DNA of 59,910 bases, the filler included. It is 6 parts of 6 records of this genome, joined end to end, with 100 filler letters (N's around TTAATTAATTAA, not from the genome) between each part and the next. Parts side by side here need not be neighbours in the genome. Positions count along the whole stretch, not along the records: positions 54,378 to 59,910 come from SRR31147125_8591; 5 more parts are not named here. One strand, given 5' to 3'. Both the position numbers and the translations under genes were made by a program. The notes below the pieces were generated by a model. The model searched no databases and was not told the origin of the DNA. It was given only the letters and a program-made list of their open reading frames with translations. Positions 54,278 to 59,910 of the stretch are shown one piece after another (within the stretch, counting starts at the first letter, position 1; each line of letters begins with the position of its first letter).

Positions 54278-54377
54278 NNNNNNNNNNNNNNNNNNNNNNN
54301 NNNNNNNNNNNNNNNNNNNNNTTAATTAATTAANNNNNNNNNNNNNNNNNNNNNNNNNNNNNNNNNNNNNNNNNNNN
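54278..54377. other. Artificial contig-joining spacer
   Basis: N44-TTAATTAATTAA-N44. Confidence 0.97.
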
Positions 54378-54674
54378 GTACCATAAAAAGGACAACAAAT
54401 CCTGTCGGTTTTTAGTCCGAAAAGTGTAAAGAATCTTTACAGTTGCAAAGCCGAAAAATGAAATTTCAAGCTGTTTTTTTCTGTTTTTATTCGAGAAACA
54501 GGCGTGAATAATTCTTCGTAATTCCTCCAGAGAAATTACCATTGGCAAACCTGTTTTTCGGTTTATTTTTCTTGCCAAGTCAATACCAATCGGATAGCTT
54601 TAGTTCAGTTCTCGGATTAAAAAAAACGAGGGGAAGCAGAACAATTTCGTCTCGATAAAATGAAAGTGACATAG

Positions 54675-55580
54675 ATGATGGATGAGCTTAGAAGCGACAT
54701 AAAAGAACTTAAAAAAGAAGTTATCGAAACTCGCAACATGAATATAAAAACCGATAACAACATGCGTTCGATTCATGCCGAGATGAAGAAAATTTCATCG
54801 AACCAAAAGACATTCGAGAAAAAGATGCGTGTCGTAGGTATTGGAACTTACATACTTTTTGTCGTTATCATCAGTGTTGCCGCCATCTTTTTGTCAAGCA
54901 TCAAAGCCTCCGTTCATAAAGAAGAAATTGCTACTTTAAACGAGAGGTTGAAAATCTCCAAAGAGGAAACCAAGCAGGTTAAAAACGAGCTGGATGCAAG
55001 ATATGCTGCTGAAAAAAGAGCTATTCATGTATTGAAACTTATCAAGCGAAACAAAAAGAAAGACGCTGTAGCCGAATTCAGGAAAATCGATCTTAAAAAG
55101 CTTTCTGAAGCTGAAAATGAGCTTTTGAAAGAAAAGATTGATGTGTTTTTAAAGGATCTTGCCAAGAAGCACTTCGATCAGGGTGTTAATCAATGGAGAA
55201 TTGGCGGTTACAAGAGTGCGCTTCAGGAGTTCAAACAGTCGAAATCCTATCTTCTCGAAACTGAATTTAAAGCTGAAGTTTTGTATTATTCCGGTCTGAG
55301 TGAATTGCAACTGAAAAAAGATGACGAAGGAATCGAGAGTCTTAAAGCTGCAATTGCTATAAAACTTAGAAAAGACCTTGCCGATCAGGCACGAATTAAA
55401 ATTGCCGATTCGTATATGGGCAAAAAACGTTATGACGAGGCATTGCAATATATGAAAGGTATTCCTAAAGAGGCGATGGGATACTGGACGAAACAGGCAA
55501 TCAACATGAAAATCACTTATGTAAATCAACGCATTGCCACAGAGAAAAAACAAAAAGAAGCACAAAAAACTCCTCAGTAA
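54675..55580 (+). CDS. Membrane-anchored coiled-coil / TPR protein
   Basis: N-terminal coiled coil, TM (VVGIGTYILFVVIISVAAIFL), second coiled coil, TPR-like helices (HFDQGV..YKSALQEF, VLYYSG, IADSYMG..YDEALQY). Confidence 0.72.
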   Translation: MMDELRSDIKELKKEVIETRNMNIKTDNNMRSIHAEMKKISSNQKTFEKKMRVVGIGTYILFVVIISVAAIFLSSIKASVHKEEIATLNERLKISKEETKQVKNELDARYAAEKRAIHVLKLIKRNKKKDAVAEFRKIDLKKLSEAENELLKEKIDVFLKDLAKKHFDQGVNQWRIGGYKSALQEFKQSKSYLLETEFKAEVLYYSGLSELQLKKDDEGIESLKAAIAIKLRKDLADQARIKIADSYMGKKRYDEALQYMKGIPKEAMGYWTKQAINMKITYVNQRIATEKKQKEAQKTPQ

Positions 55581-55701
55581 AAATATAGCTTACTATTAAA
55601 AAACAACACTGACTCAACCTGCAAAAATCATCTTGCTCTTAGCCTTTTTTGTGCTAAATTATATGCATTAGTTTAATTTACAGCAAAAAAAGGCGAATCC
55701 T

Positions 55702-56919
55702 GTGGAAATGAAAATGAGTAATGAAATTAACAGGTTATTGAATGTTTGGGTTATCATGTTCTGTTTTGCAATCATGATTTCTTGTACAGGTACATCTATT
55801 TCTACCGATGGTTATGTAGGAAACAAATGTGCTGTCGGTGGAGTTTGTGTCGATGGTTCCGAATGCGTAAACGGAAAATGTGTAAATCCTGATGGAGACA
55901 CTATCGAAAAATCTGAAGCGAGCATGATAAAATGTTCCAGACATGAAGACTGTCCGATAAATGAATCTTGTGATTCGGACAAGTATGTATGTTTGTCGGA
56001 TGAGCTGGCTTTTCAATGCATGGGAACGCCTGATTGTGCCACAGAATATCACTGCTATATCAAGATCGGTTCTTCCGATCAAAAAGGAAAATGCGTTTCA
56101 AACATTGCTGTATCGAATGATGGAGACAGCGACAACAATGATTCACCAATGTCTTGCCTGAGAGATTCGGATTGTCCGAGAGTTCCTTTACAACACATAT
56201 GCGTGTCTAAAACCTGCCAGTTGAGGTTCCCCAAATGTATGGTTAGAGAAAATTGCTGGCCCGGACAACTATGCAATACCAAAACCGGCTATTGTGAAAA
56301 TGAAGCGGCCACCAGTGATGGAGATGATGGTGGGGATGTCGATCTCGATGATGATCGAAGTGATAAAGATATAGATTTATCCGATACTGATAAATCGGAC
56401 AAAGATCAGGATGAAGACAGAATAGACAAGGAAACAGATACTACTACTCCGACATGTGGAGAGTGTACTACGAACTCTGATTGTACGAAATATTCTCCCA
56501 GGACTATTTGTGAAACTTGCGGTAAATGTGTAGAACCATGCAAAACAGGTTCCTGCGATGAGCCTGCTACATGCAATTCAAATAGTGGGAGATGCGAGTT
56601 TTGCAAAACACCATGTGAAAAAAATGAATGTTGCAATTTTGGTGGGTCATTCTGGTATTGCGGATCATGCTGCGCTCCACCATGCAATGAAGGCTATGCT
56701 TGTCAGGGTGGTGCCTGTATTCCACTCGAATGTCCGACTTGCGAGGTGTTTGAAAATTGCGGGCCGGAAACTGGATATCTTTGCGAATCCGATATTGTGG
56801 TGGATGGAGATACAACAAGAAGCTTAGGAAGAACCGAATGTATTCCCGCAGGAAGCAAGTGCATAGAAGGTGTTGATATTTGTTGCAGCATGGCTTGTAT
56901 CGGTGGTTGGTGTTTGTAG
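55702..56919 (+). CDS. Cysteine-rich secreted lipoprotein with Asp-rich linkers
   Basis: Lipobox MISC, several Cys modules separated by DGD / D-rich linkers, C-terminal 24-Cys module shared with 57684-58667. Confidence 0.75.
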   Translation: MEMKMSNEINRLLNVWVIMFCFAIMISCTGTSISTDGYVGNKCAVGGVCVDGSECVNGKCVNPDGDTIEKSEASMIKCSRHEDCPINESCDSDKYVCLSDELAFQCMGTPDCATEYHCYIKIGSSDQKGKCVSNIAVSNDGDSDNNDSPMSCLRDSDCPRVPLQHICVSKTCQLRFPKCMVRENCWPGQLCNTKTGYCENEAATSDGDDGGDVDLDDDRSDKDIDLSDTDKSDKDQDEDRIDKETDTTTPTCGECTTNSDCTKYSPRTICETCGKCVEPCKTGSCDEPATCNSNSGRCEFCKTPCEKNECCNFGGSFWYCGSCCAPPCNEGYACQGGACIPLECPTCEVFENCGPETGYLCESDIVVDGDTTRSLGRTECIPAGSKCIEGVDICCSMACIGGWCL

Positions 56920-57021
56920 TCCCTAATCTTAAAAAAATCAAAAACAGTTGAGTTAATATTTACAAATTGATACTCTTTGTTGAAATCAGTGCTACTACTA
57001 TTTTAAACAACGAGGTCAATT

Positions 57022-57687
57022 ATGCCGCTTAAGCAACTTGCAGCTTTATTTACGATTGCAGTACTATGTGTTTTTACAATTACAAATTGTGATTCAGATT
57101 CCGATGCAACAGATATCGCTAATGCGCTTGAGAACCGTCTTGCCGATGCTCTCGATTTTGAGGATGGAGAACTCAAAGACGGTCAAGCCCCTAATGCTTC
57201 AACAGATGCAAATGCTCCCAAACTTGCAGAAGTAAAGGGTGATGAGATAAGGCTTGGCGCATCGTTTTCATATGAATTATCAAGTGCTTACGAAAACGAA
57301 AGCGATATACTTGGAGCGATCGTAAAAATCGAGGGAGCAAGCAAGCATATCTTTGTTTCCAAAAAGCTGGCACAAGGTTTAATGCTGGTTGTAGGTCGAT
57401 TAAAAGCCGATCTTGAACTTAAAGGAAAAGATTTTTCTGTAAGCTTTGCCTTAAAAACAAAAAACGGTGTAGTTGGTGAATACAAGAGCTTTAAACTGGT
57501 TGTTGCCGATTTGCCACCACAAGACGTGGATAGCTCCGAAGAGCTTAAGTCGATGGAATTTGAGGGTGAAGGTGAAGTTTTATCGGACAGACCTGAAGAA
57601 AAATCAGGCACCGAATATCCGCAGATAAAGGAAATCCAGGGAACTCGAAACTTGTCGGTGGAGAACAATTCTTTATCAAGCTTTTGA
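57022..57687 (+). CDS. Lipoprotein, N-terminal part of a probable single gene 57022-58667 (frameshift ~57640)
   Basis: Signal with ITNC lipobox, RBS GAGG. One extra base at ~57640 gives [22 protein letters not shown], in frame with the next ORF. Confidence 0.7.
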   Translation: MPLKQLAALFTIAVLCVFTITNCDSDSDATDIANALENRLADALDFEDGELKDGQAPNASTDANAPKLAEVKGDEIRLGASFSYELSSAYENESDILGAIVKIEGASKHIFVSKKLAQGLMLVVGRLKADLELKGKDFSVSFALKTKNGVVGEYKSFKLVVADLPPQDVDSSEELKSMEFEGEGEVLSDRPEEKSGTEYPQIKEIQGTRNLSVENNSLSSF

Positions 57688-58667
57688 CAGATTATAGCGG
57701 AGACAAAAGAGCTACTGCCGCATTACTGACAACACCGAACAGTGACAAATTCAAGCGAATTCCCGGAAGTGTAACAGATGGTTACATGCTCGTTACCGGC
57801 ACTATTGCCAAGGATAAATTCAGTGTTGGTGACAAGCTCATCTTTATGTGGGCGATTGAAGCCGGTGAGAAAAACATTGGACAATACATACTCTGGAATG
57901 TGGAAATATCCAATACACCGGAAGATGGAGATTCCGATTCTTCTGTTGTCACCAAATGTACGCAGCATATAGATTGTCCGGTAGGTTCTTCTTGTGATAT
58001 CGGAGGCGGAATTTGTGCAACCGATTCGGCGGCAATAGCGTGTAAAACAAAAGAAGAATGCAGATCCGGATATACTTGCTACATAAATCCGGATTCGACA
58101 GAAGGCAAATGTATTCCTTCTTCAGAACCAGCAATAGATGGAGACGTTGATCTTGATCCGGAACTGGAACCCGAACTTGAACCCGAACCAGAACCCGAAC
58201 CAGAACCCGAACCAGAACCTGAGTTAGAACCTGAGCCGGAACCAGAACCTGAACTCGAACCAGAACCAGAAGTAGAACCAGAGCCAGAACCGGAGCCAGA
58301 ACCAGAATCAGAAACTCCTGATCCTAATTGTGGCACGTGTGTACGAGATGTCGATTGTCCGACAGGTCAAATCTGCGGAACTTGTGCTAAATGCGTTGAT
58401 AAATGTACTGATACTTCCTGTACAGCACCTGCTACCTGCAACTCCAATAACGGCAGATGCGAGTTTTGCACAAGTAAGTGTTCGGCCAATCAATGTTGCA
58501 ACTACCAAACAACATTCTGGTATTGTGGATCATGCTGTATACCTCCATGCAACGCAGGGCAAGCCTGTCAAAGTGGATCATGTGTTCCTCTGGCATGCCC
58601 GACATGCAGCACGGGAGAAACATGTGGACCCGAAACAGCTTATCTTTGCGAAACGATTGAAAAGTAG
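57684..58667 (+). CDS. Cysteine-rich protein with Pro-Glu linker, C-terminal part of 57022-58667
   Basis: Cys module [12 protein letters not shown], (PE)n stalk, 24-Cys C-terminal module paralogous to that of 55702-56919. Confidence 0.75.
   Translation: MTDYSGDKRATAALLTTPNSDKFKRIPGSVTDGYMLVTGTIAKDKFSVGDKLIFMWAIEAGEKNIGQYILWNVEISNTPEDGDSDSSVVTKCTQHIDCPVGSSCDIGGGICATDSAAIACKTKEECRSGYTCYINPDSTEGKCIPSSEPAIDGDVDLDPELEPELEPEPEPEPEPEPEPELEPEPEPEPELEPEPEVEPEPEPEPEPESETPDPNCGTCVRDVDCPTGQICGTCAKCVDKCTDTSCTAPATCNSNNGRCEFCTSKCSANQCCNYQTTFWYCGSCCIPPCNAGQACQSGSCVPLACPTCSTGETCGPETAYLCETIEK
58158..58313 (+). repeat. Degenerate hexanucleotide tandem repeat (GAACCN) encoding a Pro-Glu stalk
   Basis: ccggaactggaacccgaacttgaacccgaaccagaacccgaacca... 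translates to [15 protein letters not shown]... Confidence 0.9.
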
Positions 58668-58769
58668 ATGGGAATCTAGCAGAAGATTTGCAATAGGCGG
58701 TTTTTATTTGGTATTTTGAATGTCAACGATTGGTGTTTGTAGGGGTATTTAACAGGTACTTTAGTGTCG

Positions 58770-59042
58770 CTAGTTAAGTAATCCGCAGGTCATGTCGTCC
58801 CAGTTTTCGAGGGTTGCGTGGCAACGGATTTTGTCGTCATCGAGGATATCGAGGCATTTGTAGCCTTTTTCCTTGATGGTTTTGTTCTCGACGCACAAAC
58901 ATGCCGCTTGCCAGTGATCGGCAACTGTGGGGCATTCCGTGCAAATTCGTTTGGCCAAGACTTCACATGGCTTGTAATCTCCACAAGCGGACATGATTCC
59001 GACAAGAGATAAAATCACCAATATTTTCAACAAGTTATTCAT
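58770..59042 (-). CDS. Small cysteine-rich lipoprotein
   Basis: MNNLLKILVILSLVGIMSAC lipobox and eight further Cys in about 70 aa. RBS AGGA. Confidence 0.7.
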   Translation of the reverse strand: MNNLLKILVILSLVGIMSACGDYKPCEVLAKRICTECPTVADHWQAACLCVENKTIKEKGYKCLDILDDDKIRCHATLENWDDMTCGLLN

Positions 59043-59168
59043 AGTCCTAGCTTCCAAACGTAAATTTCCGGAAAATTTAATTTGTTATTCCATGATTTAT
59101 CAATTTGCTACCAAGTAGCAAAACGTTGTAATGTATAGCCAAATTAACGAGGAAAAGCAAGAGGTTTC

Positions 59169-59891
59169 ATGATAGATCTTCACTCTCACATTCTACCCGC
59201 TGTCGATGATGGTGCCAAGGATTTGGACAACGCCTTTGAGATGGCGTTAAAATATCTGGAAGGTGGCTGTAAAACAGTTGCCGTTACACCGCATTTTCGT
59301 CCGCAAATGTATGATAATATTGAAGAAAACATCAAAGAGCGTATCGATATCTTCAAGTCTGATTTGCAAAAAAACGATATAGATCTGGAGATTTTGCCTG
59401 GAGCCGAGTATTTTTATGACTCGGAATTACTTGAAAAACTGGATGATCCGTCGCAAATTATAACGCTTGGCGGTAGTGGAAAATACGTACTTGTCGAGTT
59501 TAATCCGATCTCTAAACCACTGAATTTAAAGGATTTTATCTTCAAATTGCGCCTTAAGGGAATCACTCCGATTATGGCTCATCCGGAAAGATACGGCTGG
59601 ATACGCAAAGACTTTGAATTTGCCGAGGAAATCAGGGATCATGGCATGTTGATGCAGGGAACAATGCGCAATATGAGCAAGTTTTTTGCTAGAACTACAA
59701 GAAAAACAATCGCCAAAATGCTCGATGCTCACTTACTCGATTTCTTTTCGACAGACTCGCATACATCCAGAAACGTCGAGGAATGTTTATCGGTCGCCAA
59801 AGATCAACTGGTGGACTTAATCGGCGAAAAGCGGGTCGAAACGATGCTTTACGAAATCCCGCAAGCCATCATTAAAGGCGAAAGCATTTAA
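59169..59891 (+). CDS. PHP-family tyrosine-protein phosphatase (CpsB/CapC/YwqE-like)
   Basis: MIDLHSHILPAVDDGA, TPHF, PGAE, AHPERY, STDSH. Confidence 0.92.
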   Translation: MIDLHSHILPAVDDGAKDLDNAFEMALKYLEGGCKTVAVTPHFRPQMYDNIEENIKERIDIFKSDLQKNDIDLEILPGAEYFYDSELLEKLDDPSQIITLGGSGKYVLVEFNPISKPLNLKDFIFKLRLKGITPIMAHPERYGWIRKDFEFAEEIRDHGMLMQGTMRNMSKFFARTTRKTIAKMLDAHLLDFFSTDSHTSRNVEECLSVAKDQLVDLIGEKRVETMLYEIPQAIIKGESI

Positions 59892-59910
59892 CCCATCTTA
59901 AAACAAAAAA

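Noticed and set aside
6249-54377. Five identical TTAATTAATTAA motifs within N runs as a biological repeat
   Set aside because: Fixed 100-nt six-frame-stop linker used to concatenate contigs. Neighbourhoods across the linkers are not evidence of linkage.
58158-58313. Tandem repeat as a CRISPR array, or the antisense Gly-Ser ORF 58079-58336
   Set aside because: Six-nt period with third-position variation and no spacers. It encodes the Pro-Glu linker, and the antisense ORF is its shadow.
55702-58667. Cys-rich proteins as multiheme cytochromes or ferredoxins
   Set aside because: No CxxCH and no CxxCxxC..CP motifs. Export signals favour disulfides.
1-59910. tRNA, rRNA, riboswitch, CRISPR, integrase or transposase
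   Set aside because: None recognised by eye in the intergenic regions or ORF track. A covariance-model scan would be needed to exclude small RNAs.

Overview
This window is not one locus. It is six contig pieces joined by identical artificial 100-nt spacers (N44-TTAATTAATTAA-N44), so gene neighbourhood is only meaningful within a piece. Composition and gene content suggest several organisms. Piece 1 (1-6248, AT-rich): PEGA-domain membrane protein, tamB and a partial BamA/TamA-type gene. Piece 2 (6349-17251): the 3' end of guaA followed by a surface-polysaccharide cluster (rfbBDAC, GT2-GT4 glycosyltransferase, methyltransferase, wzm/wzt, radical SAM). Piece 3 (17352-39040): an FCB-group-like polysaccharide-utilisation locus with two divergent paralogous TonB-dependent receptors, each followed by a related secreted non-SusD partner, plus a GntR/LacI regulator, sugar isomerase, GH20, an (alpha/alpha)6 lipoprotein, GH28, an SDR and a GH106-like gene. 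Piece 4 (39141-44393): two tandem sialate O-acetylesterase paralogues, one with its catalytic residues replaced, and a DapA-family fragment. Piece 5 (44494-54277, GC-rich, Desulfobacterales-like): atypical cysS, ferredoxin, ogt, methyltransferase, flavin-binding protein, aguB, Lrp/AsnC, and a cNMP-CBS-nucleotidyltransferase (DUF294) plus DEDDh exonuclease pair. Piece 6 (54378-59910): TPR protein, two paralogous secreted proteins sharing a 24-Cys module, a small Cys-rich lipoprotein and a PHP tyrosine phosphatase. Many genes carry single-base deletions that look like sequencing or assembly error. I recognised no rRNA, tRNA, CRISPR array or transposase. The best novelty candidates are the SusD-less receptor plus secreted-partner module with a conserved orphan GAAAGGAGGC leader motif, the active-site-rewired esterase paralogue, the modular Cys-rich proteins, and the DUF294/exonuclease pair.
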